In this document: positions 14,137-26,549 of the stretch, in pieces | Numbering within the stretch: the first letter of the stretch is position 1 | Layout of the letters: each line of letters opens with the position of its first letter | Assembly (NCBI RefSeq): GCF_009914755.1 | Contig: NC_060938.1 | Source of the DNA: the human T2T-CHM13v2.0 reference genome, Homo sapiens | Reading direction: 5' to 3' (one strand) | DNA length: 64,000 bases | Notes under the pieces: generated by a model | What the model was told of the DNA's origin: nothing | What the model saw: only the letters and a program-made list of their open reading frames with translations | Databases searched by the model: none | Made by a program: the position numbers and the translations under genes

Positions 14137-15380
14137 AATTTATTTTATTTTATTTCTATAAATTTATGGAGTGCAACTGTAATTTTGTTACATCCATAGG
14201 TTGCATAGTGAAGTCAGGATGTTCAGCATATTCATCACCTGAAAAGCATACCTTGTACTCATTAAATAATTTCTTATCATTTACTCCCCTCTCACTCTCC
14301 CCCAACTCTTCCAAGTCTTCATGTCCAAGTCTCTATCATTGCACACTCTATGTCCATGTGAACATATTAATTACCTCCCATTTATAAATGAGAACACGCA
14401 GTATCTGTCTTTCTGTGTCTGACTTTCATCTAAGATAATGTCCTCCAGTTCCATCCAAACTGCTCCAAAATACATGTTTCATAAGTATATTATTTTTAAA
14501 GGCTGAATTGTATTCCATTGTGTATATCATCATATTTTCTTATCTTTAGGTGGAAATCTTTTTTATTATACTTTAAGTTCTGGGGTACATGTGCAGAACT
14601 TGCAGGTTTGTTATGTAGGTATACACGTGCCATAGTGGTTTGCTGCACTCATCAACCTGTCATCTACATTAAGTCTTTCTCTAAATGCTATCCCTCCCCT
14701 AGCCCCTCACCCTCTGACAGGCTGTGGAGTGTGATGTTCCCCTCCTTGTGTCCATGTATTCTCATTGTTCAACCCCCACTTATGAGTGAGAGCATGCAGT
14801 GTTTGGTTTTCTGTTCTTGTGTTAGCTTGCTGAGAATGATGTTTGCCAATTTCATTCATGTCCCTGCAAAGGACATGAACTCATCATTTTTTATGGCTGC
14901 ATAGTATTCCATGATGTATATGTGCCACATTTTCTTTATCCAGTCTATCATTGGTGGGCATTTGGGTTGGTTCCAAGTCTTTGCTATTGTGAACAGTGCT
15001 GCAATAAACATATGTGTGCATGTGTCTTCAGAGTAGGATGATTTATAATCCTTTGGGTATATACCCAGTAATGGGATTGCTGGGTCAAAATGTATTTCTA
15101 GTTCTAGATCCCTGAAGAATCGCCACACTGTCTTCCACAATGGTTAAACTAATTTACACTCCCACCAACAGTGTAAAAGCATGCCTATTGCTCCACATTC
15201 TCTCCAGTATCTGTTGTTTTCTGACTTTTTAGTGATCTCCATTCTAACTGGAGTGAGATGGTACCATCTCACATTTTCTTTATCAAATCATCTATTGGTG
15301 GACACTTAGGTTGATTCAGTATCTTTGCTACTGTGAATAGTGCTGTGATAAGTGCTGGTATGTTTATGATATAAGGATTT
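14137..15380 (-). mobile_element. Old L1 (L1MA/PB-type) 3' end, interrupted by a younger L1PA
   Basis: Antisense 3'UTR CTCCCATTTATAAATGAGAACACGCAGTATCTGTCTTTCTGTG; resumes after 15262 with CATTTTCTTTATC...GGACACTTAGGTTGATT. Confidence 0.75.
14558..15262 (-). mobile_element. 5'-truncated L1PA (about L1PA6-8): 3'UTR plus ORF2 C-terminus
   Basis: TTATTATACTTTAAGTTCTGGGGTACATGTGCAGAAC; ORF 14856-15140 ([27 protein letters not shown]) is the ORF2 C-terminus. Confidence 0.92.
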
Positions 15381-15709
15381 CAAATAGACTGTAAGAGTGT
15401 AAAAAGTTTCCACTGAACTTTGGACTGGAAATATGATAAGAGAAGATCCTTTCACTAATAGAGGCGGAGCGTTAAGAGATAAAATCAATAACTAATTTTA
15501 TGCTGCACTAAACAGGGAAGAAAGAGAAAGTCAGTAAAAAGTTTTGTGGTTGGCCAGGTTTTGGATTACATAACGAAAATAGACAAACATACTTTATTAA
15601 GCATATTGCATAACCTATGCTACTTTCAGCTGATTTATATTCATTTAATCCCTCATTCAACTTAATATAATAGCCTCCTTTCCTTCCTGGCTTTCTACCT
15701 GCCTGTTCT

Positions 15710-16290
15710 CATTCATTAACTTGTTTTAGCCAATGAGTCATGAGTAGCTACTCTGTTCAGGCATTGTTCTCAGTTCTAGTGATACAGTAGCATACAATTT
15801 TAACAAAATATCTGCCCTCATGAAGCTACATTTTAGAGGAAGGAACTCAGTGAACAAGTCAACGGAAAAATATAAAATATTTTAGAATACAAATAATTGG
15901 TATGAAGGAAAACCAGTCAAATGAGGGGTAAGACATATTCAAGGTAGAGAACAATCTACAATTACACTGAGCCCTGAACAAAGAGAGAATAAGCTATACA
16001 TAAATTTGGGGAAGAACATTTCAGGAAGAGGGAAGTGTACAGGCTCTAATGAAATCAAAAAGCTAGTGTATTCCAAAAAGAGCAAAAAATCATTATGCTT
16101 GAAATTGAATTGAATGAGCAATGAGAAGAATAGTAAAAATGAGATCAAACAATAATCTAAAGCTAGATCAGAAAAAAGTCTAAAAGCTAAAATGAAGGTA
16201 TGCATATTATTCTAGAGTGTGAAGAGATCTGATCAGGAGAACTACATGATCTGATTACTATTTCAAAATAAGGATTCTTGATGCTATTTG
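15710..16290 (-). mobile_element. L2 fragment
   Basis: ATTCATT..TGAGTAGCTACTCTGTTCAGGCATTGTTCT..GATACAGTAG, CTGCCCTCATGAAGCT: antisense L2a. Confidence 0.7.
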
Positions 16291-16992
16291 GAAAATGATG
16301 GCCTACTATAATGATAAGAGATTATTTTAAATATGTAGTAATGAGATAAAATGACATGAATGAATGTTTTTATTTATAATGAGCATACCAGTGTATAGCC
16401 TGTTTAGTACTTGTATACTTGGAAGCAGTTTATTCTCCGAAGTTTTTTTTCTTTATTTCTTCTCTAACTTGTTCTTTTTAAATTTAATATCAACATAATA
16501 TGCTTTAACTTTAAACATTTAGGTGCTTTATGAGTGGAATCTCAGTTAAAAAATGTTATTATTCAGTAGGTACTAAATTGAGTTCCTGTTTTACTTTACA
16601 AACCAAGCACCATAGGTTGTTACAGAAAACCATTATAAGTCAAATTTTTTAAAAGTTTCTTCAGTGAAGTAGACATTACAAAAGTTATATTTAAACACAA
16701 CACTATGAACTCAAGTCACAGAGGCAAAGAGAAACTATTGTATTTGCTTTGAGCATCTACACATTGTAAAAAAGGTTATTGAATGCAATTCAAATCTAAC
16801 TTCATTTGAGGATAACCCCAGGCACTTTGTGTCTGTATTTCTTGTAGTTTTGGACTATTGGAAACTCATTCAGTTTTGCCTTAAAGCACCCAGTAACCTA
16901 TGAACAAAATGCATAAAAACTATTACATGATGTTTAGCCTCTGTAGACCAAACACGACAGGTATATGCAATTGCATAGTGCTGATGACTCAC

Positions 16993-17029
16993 AAAAACAA
17001 AACAAAACAAAACAAAACAAAACAAAAAA
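16993..17029. repeat. (AAAAC)n microsatellite
   Basis: About 7 perfect units. Confidence 0.95.
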
Positions 17030-17802
17030 CTCTGTCCTCAGACTGATTTGTGAAAATAACTATTTAATCTAAAAATAAACTGAAGAGTGAAAATTAGAAT
17101 TAGCAAATAGAGTTGAAGGTGTGTGTCAAAATGGATTGTATTTTATATAGTCTTTTACTATAATTATTCTTATAACAGGGCTTGTTTTCCTCTATTAGAC
17201 TGCAAATGTGTTGGTTACTGAGGCGGTTGCACTTGTTTTTGTATCACTTATGAAACCTAGTATAGTGCTTTGTATTATAATAATCATTCATTAGATATTA
17301 TATGAATGATTTGAATTATATTTCATAGTAGCTCAAAGTTAGTCTTGATGGATAAATGAATGTAATACAACCATATACATTATTAGTAAGGAACTTAATA
17401 ATATCATGAAGTATCTTTAACCAAAGTAATAATTAAAAAGTAGGAGTAAACCATAATAAGTTCAAATTTAGAATTTGATAGATAATGGAGATTACTTTTT
17501 AGGCCTAAATATTGAAGGATAGATGCTTATGAAACTTTGAGGTTCAAATTATTTGTAGAAATGTTTATTTAATATTATATTCAAGATATTAAAATAACAA
17601 TAGGAAAATGTATAAGAGATTTGTTAAACACATCCTGAAAGCATGGAAATAACCATATATCTTAGCCTAACGCATGAAATAGTATAGCAAATATAAGCAG
17701 GATGTTTTTATTTTTATTTTAAAATTGTGTTTATCACTGGATAGGGATAATAAATTTATTCTATTTATTTTTTGCTGTTAAACATATACTTTAATAAACT
17801 AA

Positions 17803-17963
17803 ACACATTTGTTACTGCAGTGGATGGAAATATGTTTGTCACAGGTAAAATTGTCACTTGGGTAAACTTTATCTCAAGCAACTCCTTTTTAGTTTTAATA
17901 CTTTCTATGTTGCCCAAATCAAGTCTTATTTCCATGAATCACTGTTTTATGTAATAATTTTCT
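17803..17963 (+). repeat. Diverged ~160-bp direct repeat, copy 1 (copy 2 at 19660-19818)
   Basis: Shared collinear blocks AGTGGATGGAAATATGT, AGCAACTC, TTTCTATGTTGCCCAAAT, AAGTCTTATTT, AATCACTG. Confidence 0.9.
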
Positions 17964-19351
17964 TGGTGAAGTGAATTTACATAGTTTTGGTACTTTCATG
18001 TCAGATTTCTAAAGTAGTATAATTTAGTTTAGAGGAAGAATTTCTACACAGATCATGTAATTGTCTCTTCATTATATATCAGGGTAAAATCTATAAAAAA
18101 CAAAATTGGTTTGAGAACAAAGCTGTCATTACTTGCAAGATGAAAACAGAAAAATTACATGTGTTTATTAAAACACAGAAGTATATTCCTGTGCAAATTA
18201 GCCCAGATTCTGAAGTGAAAGACAGGACTTTTGAGAGATTTTGAGTCCAAGGGTTCACCTCTTCAAACACAACAGAAAAAACTCTAATTTTTTTATTTTT
18301 AAATCTAATCAGTTTATATATGCCCAGGTCCAGCAAAAAAAAGCTGGGTTGATGATGTGTTTTGCAGTTATTCAAGCTAGTTTGAAAGAGTACCTGGCAG
18401 TGATTGTGAAGACCAATGATTATGCTACTAAGGTCTCTCAATTGCCAGACCCCCACCAAGTATTTTTTAAATATGCTATTGTGTTTTGAAACTCAAAACC
18501 TCGTATTTTTGTTAATCTAGTTACCTGCCAAACCAAACAGGAATCCAAAGTTTCATAACCCTGCTGTGTTCTCTGGTTACTAGAAATAAGCATATTTTTG
18601 ATGTTTTAACAACCTTTTAAAATAATAATTTCTAATAATGAAATAGAATATTTCTATTTTAAGTAGCTATTGGGTATATCTTTACATAACTAGATGATTA
18701 TAGTAAATGGGTTTTTTAGATGAATGATGTGCATGGGTAGATATTTTTAAAATGAAATATGTTTTTTCCTTTTTTACTTAAATTTCTTTTTAGAACATAC
18801 TGTTATGAACATTAACATTTATTCAAGTCCTTGGGACAATTCTTCTTCAGTTACCCAGTTAAAATTTTCATGATCTCTGCAAAACACAGATTAGAAATAT
18901 AAAATAACATAAATTTTAGAATACAGTGAGATGACTTACACAACAATTTGATAATATTTTATATAATATTTTATGATTAACCAGTTAACTGAAACCTCAA
19001 AACCTGTATTAACTGATTAATATTGTAGCAAAATGTCAGTTCATGTTATTGTATCAATCACTTCTGGATACATGATTATGCTGTCGTGATATGATTTCTA
19101 ACAATTGTCTTGTCATTTTTAGCTTTTACTATTATAATTTTAATTAGAATATATTAAAGTCACTATGTCATAACAGACTTTATATTGTGCCGTGCAGTCC
19201 TATTGCTCTTTTGTTTCAAATATCATATAGTCTAAAGCAATGATTCTCATTAAATACATGCATCAAAATCAACTGCAGTTATTACATGCTAACTCAAACT
19301 TACAAAATCAAGCTCTCTGTGATCCTGGTTAATACATCTAAGTACTTGAGC

Positions 19352-19581
19352 CAATAATCCAAGTGCTTTGGGGGGTCGAGGTGAGAGGATAGCATGTGGC
19401 CAGAAGTTCAAGACCAGCCTGGGCAACATAGCGAGACTCCATCTCCACAAAAAAAATGTTAAAAATTAGCCAGACATGGTGGTGCATGTCTTAGTTCTAA
19501 CTACTCAAGAGGCTGAGAAAGGAAGATTACTTTAGCCCAGGAGCTCAAAGGTGCAGTGAGCTGTGACTGCACTCCAGCCCG

Positions 19582-19626
<45 letters not shown>

Positions 19627-19653
19627 GGAAAGAAAAGAAAAAAAGAAATAAAA
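19352..19653 (+). mobile_element. AluJ (5'-truncated, internal deletions) with pure A41 tail
   Basis: GTTCAAGACCAGCCTGGGCAACATAGCGAGAC; uninterrupted A run 19585-19625. Confidence 0.9.
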
Positions 19654-19659
19654 AGGTAT

Positions 19660-19818
19660 ACACATTTTTTTTCTGAAGTGGATGGAAATATGTCATGTCA
19701 GAGGTAAATTGTGACTTGAGTAAGTTTTATGTTGAGCAACTCTTTTTGTTTACATTTTCTATGTTGCCCAAATAAAGTCTTATTTTCATAAATCACTGCT
19801 TTACGTAACAACTTTTCC
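19660..19818 (+). repeat. Diverged ~160-bp direct repeat, copy 2
   Basis: Aligns by eye end to end with 17803-17963 at roughly 80% identity. Confidence 0.9.
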
Positions 19819-19822
19819 TGCA

Positions 19823-19949
19823 GCCCTGGGTATGGTGGCACACAGTTGTAGTCCCAGGTACACTGGATGCTGAGGCAAAAGGATCATTTGAACCCAGAAC
19901 TTCAAGGTCAACCTGGGCAACATAGCAAGATCCTATCTGTAACAAAAAA
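19823..19949 (+). mobile_element. FLAM-type Alu monomer
   Basis: CTGGGTATGGTGGCACACAGTTGTAGTCCCAG..GGATCATTTGAACCCAG..CCTGGGCAACATAGCAAGA plus short A-tail. Confidence 0.85.
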
Positions 19950-20103
19950 TTTTTTAATGATAATTCTCATGCAAAATTCAGTTTGCACTGTTTTAAAAAA
20001 TGAAACACTTATAAGAGCATGGTGATAAGGCAATTCTGACATGGTGTCAAGCCATTTAAACTTAGATGTAACCTAGGATTTAGGATCCTTGCTATTGTTT
20101 ACA

Positions 20104-20694
20104 TAGTAAGTCCACATTTAATATCAGTAGATTATTGGAAACTGCAACTATCAGCAAAATGGTGAACAATGAAACAAATTTTACCATAGGCCAATTGATA
20201 AAACAATATATAAGTTCCTACTGCATATTTCTGGTCACAATATTATCACTGTACTTCTAAATGAAGACTAAAACACTTAAAACATTCAACACTGAAATAA
20301 GTGTGAGGTATACATACATTTTTAAAAAGATTAATAAAAACAAGTAAGATGATTATTTACCCAATTATTCCAGTTCAGAGTCTCGGGTAGCAAGAGCCTA
20401 TTCTTACTCAACATGCAATGCAGGAATAAACCCTGCACAGGATGCTATTCCATGGCAGGGCACAACCACATTCACTCACATGGGGACACACAGTGGGGAA
20501 ATGCCAATTAACCAGACATGCACATCTTGGGGATGTGAGAGGAAGCAGGAGTTCCTGGAGAAAACCCATGCAGGCATGGGGAGAACATGCAGACCCTACA
20601 CAGATGGTAGCCCTGTCCAGGAATCAATATTTATTCTCATCTACATTATAGCGAAACATCATTGAACAAAACAACTTTATTTGAGGACCTGTTT
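20104..20694 (-). mobile_element. MER6A TcMar-Tigger element, apparently inserted in a MIR
   Basis: Termini AGTAAGTCC... / ...TTGAGGACCTG; internal GGAGAAAACCCATGCAGGCATGGGGAGAACATGCA; MIR-like sequence at about 20020-20100 and 20700-20850. Confidence 0.8.
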
Positions 20695-22058
20695 TACTTG
20701 TACGTCTTTGGGAAAATCTTTTAACTTTTATTACTCATAATCTCAATAAAAGTGTGTTAAGAATACATATTTCAGGAGGTTTTTTGAGATAATCAAATGT
20801 GGCAATGCATGCAGAATTAATAGCCCATAAGGCATTTTATACAGTATGTTCTTAGTAATCTATATTTAATTGATAATTGCTTTATAAAATAATCTGATTA
20901 CTTTTGGTATAAAGGATAACATATTCCACTAATACTGTGAAGTTTCAGTGATATAAACACTTAGAAATCATCTGCTCTGTTATGGAAAAAAACATCTAGA
21001 AGTATCTTTCAGATTGAAAAATGTTTTTAAGGTGCTGGAATAACAGTACCTCTTGCAGATTTGTCTAGCATTACCCAATGTTTGTGATTGCTGAGTAATA
21101 TTAGTGAAATAAGTATGCAAATCTTTTAATAACTGAATAGAATCCTTCCCTGAACAATTTCCCAGGTGTTATTGCTGTTGCTATCTTATTAAATATTCAA
21201 TGCCATCTATTATATCCTATACAGAGTCAAATAATAAGCTTACATAAACTAATATTTAATATAATACTAATAAATTTAAGATGATATAAAGCAGAATAAA
21301 ATAACATTTCAGAATAAAAAGACTTTGAAGCTTCCTTGTATTACTTGATAAGATTTAGGTACAGTCTCAAGAAAACATTTTTTTTTCCTTCTTCTGCATC
21401 AGCTCATCTACAAACCAATTTATTTCTGAAATAGGCCCCAGGGGCAGGCTGGTTGGTGACTGTAGTGGGGGATATCTGACTGGCCACTCAAGGAAATTGC
21501 TATGGACTTTTAATCTTATTTTGATTAAGTTCTGTGCAGATTGTGTCTGCCAGGCTAGCACTAAGATTACTGTTTCTGAGATCTTTTGGCTGCTATCAGA
21601 CTGGACTCAATTTTTTTTCTACATTCTCAAGGTTAAGTTGAAACAGTATTACCCATTATTTATAAATGGTAAGTGTTTAGGTTTTGCCTTGTGTTACAAA
21701 CTAGAATGTTAATAAAAATACTATATTTAACAAGTTGCAAGTTTATGAAAGTCATTGTTTTTGAAAGAAAGTTTTAGATAAAAAAAAAAACAAAAGAAAG
21801 CAAAAGAAAAATCCTTTAAGGGGAAACAATGTCTTTATGTGTTTAAAGTTTCAAAAGGTAATTTATAAAGAAATCAAATATAGTTAAAAATAACTAATCA
21901 AAGATGAATATTTAGTGTAGAGGAACATGGATATGGATAAACTGTAGGATATTTTATTTATCTTTTTCTTTCAGCAAAGATCTAACCAAAATTAGAGAAA
22001 TGATGTGTTTTATTCTAGAACCATCACAATACAAACAATAATATGTTGTTTTTCATCT

Positions 22059-22584
22059 TGTATTGGATAAACACTATTAATCCCAATAATCCATTCCTCT
22101 TTGCTTCTTCAATTAAAATCCCGTGTATTATATAAATACCTCCCTCTACCCTCTGCAGTGTAGGAGAATCAGGGAAATCTCATCCCATCTCCCGAAACAG
22201 AGATGTATCCTGTATGTACCTTGCCAATGATGGCAACTTCTTTTCCTTTGTCGAGATATAATAGAAACCCCAGGTTGACACCATTTAGTTCATGATATCA
22301 CTTCCAGATTGATATTGGTGGAAAGGTGACTTAATCTGGCTAAATCAGATGCAAGAGATGGACTTGTGTTCTATTATTAGAATATAAATTTCTTGTCTTT
22401 CTGTATATGAATAGCAAAGCATGCTGCAACAATTGTTCTTATCAGCAAAGAAAAATTCTGATAAGCACCTGGAAATATGGCACCTGGAAGCCCTCATTCC
22501 TCAGGACTTGATAAAAGAATTCATTATTATTAAAGCAAGTTAAGAGCCAGGATTACTGTTACTTGTCTTGAAAGCATGTTGACA
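22059..22584 (+). mobile_element. Old ERVL/MaLR-class LTR (LTR16/MLT1-like)
   Basis: Degenerate LTR 3' end TAAAGCAAGTT..CTGTTACTTG..AAAGCAT..GACA; subfamily uncertain. Confidence 0.4.
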
Positions 22585-22974
22585 TCTCTATTGTTCCATA
22601 TGCCTTGTCAGAATGATCTCTGGCTTAGGGAAAACTTTTCAGCTATCTGCTCTAGCACACTGGTGTGAAAGATGTGTTAAGGGAGAGGTGATAGCTTGAT
22701 CCTTAGTGCTGTTAGACATCAGGTGAGTCTTAGATAGCTCTAATCATCAGGTCACTTTTTTCAGCCATGAGTAGTATGCTCTACAGCAGTTATTAATTTA
22801 CATAAATGCTGTAGATTTAAAAATGGTAGTGAAGTGCTAATTCAGAGTATCTGATTTATAATTCAGAGCAATTCAATGGGCCATAGTTAAGTTGGCAGGA
22901 GTATTCTAGTTATCTCTCCAAATATAATAATTTTAAATATTGTCCACACAAGGAAAAATCCTAACATCTTTCTC

Positions 22975-23149
22975 CATATCCTTAAAACTCCAGATATGAA
23001 TTTGATCATGCAGTGCTTGTCTTTCTGTGCCTGGCTTATTTCACTTAACAAAATGTCCTCCAACTTCATCCACATTGCTAAAAATAACAGCATTTTATGG
23101 CTGAATATTGTTCTGGAGGGGTGGATAGATAGATGATAAATAGACAGAT

Positions 23150-23189
<40 letters not shown>

Positions 23190-23775
23190 TACATTTATAC
23201 ACCACATTTTCTTTATCCATTTGTTGTTAGATGAGTATTTAGGCAGATTCCATATCACGGCTATTTTGAATGATGCTTCAATATCCCTGGGTGCAGATGT
23301 CTCTTTGTCATACTAATTTCATTTTTTTTTTATTACGTACGCAGTAGTGGGATTGCTGGGTAATATAATAGTTCTCTTTTTTATTTTTTGTGGAAACTCC
23401 ATGCTGCTTTTCATAACAGCTATACTATTTTATATTCCCACCAACAGTGTATAACTTTCCTCTTTCTCCACATTATCGTTTCCATTTGTTATATTTTGTC
23501 TTCTTGATAATATCCATCATTTAAACTGGGGTAAGGTAATAGCTCATTGTGGGTTTGTTTTGCATTTTTCTGAGGCTTAATGATGTTGAGCATTTCTTTA
23601 TATATTTTTTGGCCATTTGTATGTCTTCTTTTGTCCATTTTTTAATCAACTTTTTCTTTTGCTATTGAGTTTTTTGAGTTCCTTATATATTCTGGATATT
23701 AAACCTTGTTGAATACATAGTTTGCAAACACCTTATCCTGTTCTGTAATTGTCTCTTCATTTTATTGATTGATAA
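22975..23775 (-). mobile_element. L1MA-type 3' fragment
   Basis: GATCATGCAGTGCTTGTCTTTCTGTGCCTGGCTTATTTCACTTAAC; CCCACCAACAGTGT; TGATGTTGAGCATTT. Confidence 0.85.
23125..23189. repeat. (GATA)n microsatellite
   Basis: GATAGATAGATA array. Confidence 0.95.
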
Positions 23776-26121
23776 GAAGTAGGTTAATTGTGCTATATAA
23801 GTGCAAACTTTGTCTAAAGGAGAATATGTGTTCTTTGAAGGCAAATGTCCATTTGTCAAGCCCCCCAGTACTTTCTTTTATGTAGGAATGCCAATATAGG
23901 ACCTTTCCGTTTTGAAGCTGTTTGTGAGTAGATTTTTCTCTTCCCACCACCTGGAGGCTAAAATGTAAACCAGAGACCCAAGAATAGCCACTCATTCCTT
24001 GCATTTTTAACCTTGCAAGGTAAGAAGTAGGCAGAGAGTCTGAAATTATTCCTGTCGGATGGATAGATTTTTGGAATCCAATGGTAAAGTGGGAAGTGAC
24101 AAGCTAAAGCAGAGCCCAGCAGCATTCCAGAAAATGCCTGTGCATGCTTTGCTGGCAGTGGCCAGCGGTCATGACTGACAGGACAATAGCCACATGAAAA
24201 GCAGAACTTCCTTTTTCTGATATTGGTTCTGACTTGCTCTCTGATTCCTGCCTGAGCCTGGTTCACCTACTTTTTTTTCAATTCTAAGAGCTGCGTTGTG
24301 CTTTTCCAACACATTCATTTTTGCTTGCTTTAAATTCCAAGTAATTTCTATTGTCTTTAAACAACTGCCTACCTAAAATAATTATTAAATATGTAGCTAA
24401 AACACTAAATTAAATAAACTTACATTGTTTTCCTTGCTGTAAGAATTCTCTAAGCCTTTCTTATTTTAATATGCATCATGAACCTCCAGTTGAGGCAATG
24501 TGCAACACATTTTGAGAGACATGATCTACCTGTTGGAATCTTAACATTTAGAACAGATATATTGATCAGTGTATAATTTTTGGATTATCAAAGATGGGAA
24601 TAAAATTGAGCTATAATATATAAAATAAGAGGATTTATATATGTTTGTTTTTTTACTCCCCATCTCACCTGCTACTTCTTTATGGATCACAGTTATCCCA
24701 CTTGATGGAATTTTTCTCCTTTCATCCATTACTTTTTTATTTAAAGTATTCCCTCTCCTAGGATGTAAGTTTCTATAGACTGAAATGTTGTTATTTAATG
24801 GTAATAAGCCTTATTTTCAGGTTGCTTTACAGAATTTTGGCTTTGTCTTTTGTTTTCTTCACTGTACTTTTCTTACTCCACTCAGAATTTGTTGACCTGC
24901 TTAAATCTGCTTATATCTGTCTTCAATCAGTACTAAAAACATTCTCTATTATTTCCTTAGTTATTGCCTTTGTCTCTCTTTTCCTGGTAAAGTTTAGACA
25001 TATATTAATGTTTAACTCTATCCTTTGTATCTTGAAACTTTTCTTCAATAATTTATTTTCTTTCTTCCTACTGCACTTCATTAATTTTCCAGTAGTTCTC
25101 TGTTACTTCTAGCAGGTATTTCCTTTCTAAATCTACCATGATCATATTTGTATTTCCCTGTGGGCATCTTTAAGCATATGTTTTGTTCTTTAACTTCTGT
25201 CTGAAAATTCTATTACTTAAATTGTTTTTCTTGTCTGTCGATTTGTTTCTAGATGTTGTTATCCTTAACAATATACTGATTCTTCTCTGTGTATGTGTGT
25301 CTCTCTCTCCATCTCTCTCTAAACACATGCACACAAACTCTCTCTCTCTCTCTCATGTACGCTATATTGCATACAACTGATTTACCAAAATAATTGACTT
25401 AATTTTTAATACAGACCTACAAGTTAGTTACTTTCATATTCATGTTACAGTTGACAAAACTGAGACTCAAAGGGAAAAATGACTTGGCCAAGTTTATACA
25501 CCCAATTAGTGTCAGGATAGTTTAAGATTACCTTGTTGTCTACTATGGAGATAAGTTCCTCCAGAAGTTTTGATTATGCAAGCATTACCCATATCAGATC
25601 ATCTTAAATCAGGGTGAAAATATGAGTATCTGAACAACTCAGATTTGGTCCCAGACTTCAAGTATGCTCAAGAGTTGGTTCTTGTTTTCTCCTTCATTGA
25701 AGTGTATTAACCTTAAGATTCTAGCTTAGAATAGCAAAAGTCTCTGGGCAGACTCTCTATATTTTGTCAGCCATAGACTATAATTTCTGTCTTTTTTCAT
25801 CTGAGAATTCTATCTGAACAAAAGTTAACTTGGCTTGCAAGGAGAAGTTCCCCAAATTCAGTGATAGTTTTCCTCTTTGAGCTCCCATCTTCTTTAACTC
25901 TTATCATGTTTTTCTGGTAGCTCTATTCTGCTTCTTCATTTGACTTCCATTGAATTGGGTAACTTTTTTTTTTTCCTCTTCCCGATGTACATAAATGACT
26001 TAAAGTATATCAATATCACTATATTCTCTATAACACACAAATAACTAGCATAAATAAGTTGCATTTAGACAGTATAGTCTAAATACAAGTTCCCTGTCCT
26101 ATTTTGTAGGTCTTTGAATGT

Positions 26122-26549
26122 TGTTTAAAAAAATACAACTAAGACATGTTAAATTTCACTAAGTTTATTTGACCAAGAAAAAGGTTTGAGAACTAGGCAC
26201 CATCCCAGAACGAAGATTGTTCAGAGTGACTCCACATCCAGAGTGGTGAGATGTATTTATAACCAGAACATAGAAAATTATATTCAGAGTTTCCCTGATT
26301 GGTGCAGTTCAATATTTGCCTTATTTGGGCATAATTTGGCAGCATTCAGTTTGGGATTGACTAAGGGTTTGGCTCCTATGATTGGTTGAGTCTCAGTTGC
26401 TTGGTTACAAGTCCATACATCTACATTAGCTTACAACTTATTTACACGTTAAGTTAGAGTACAGTCACTATGTATGGATGCCACTTTGGGCCAAACCTAA
26501 TTAGGCAAGTACAATGGGCACTTTGAGCCAAACTTAACTCAGTTTAACA
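26122..26549 (-). mobile_element. MER57-family ERV1 solo LTR
   Basis: TG...CA termini with 4-bp TSD ATGT (26118-26121, 26550-26553); minus strand begins TGTTAAACTGAGTTAAGTTTGGC..; CCAAT boxes on the minus strand. Confidence 0.75.

Noticed and set aside
18091-18489. 122-aa and 82-aa ORFs on opposite strands
   Set aside because: Composition reflects AT-rich non-coding DNA; no homology or supporting splice structure recognised.
26063-26084. 8-bp hairpin ATTTAGAC..GTCTAAAT and similar short stems (e.g. near 18641)
   Set aside because: Expected by chance in 64 kb of AT-rich DNA.
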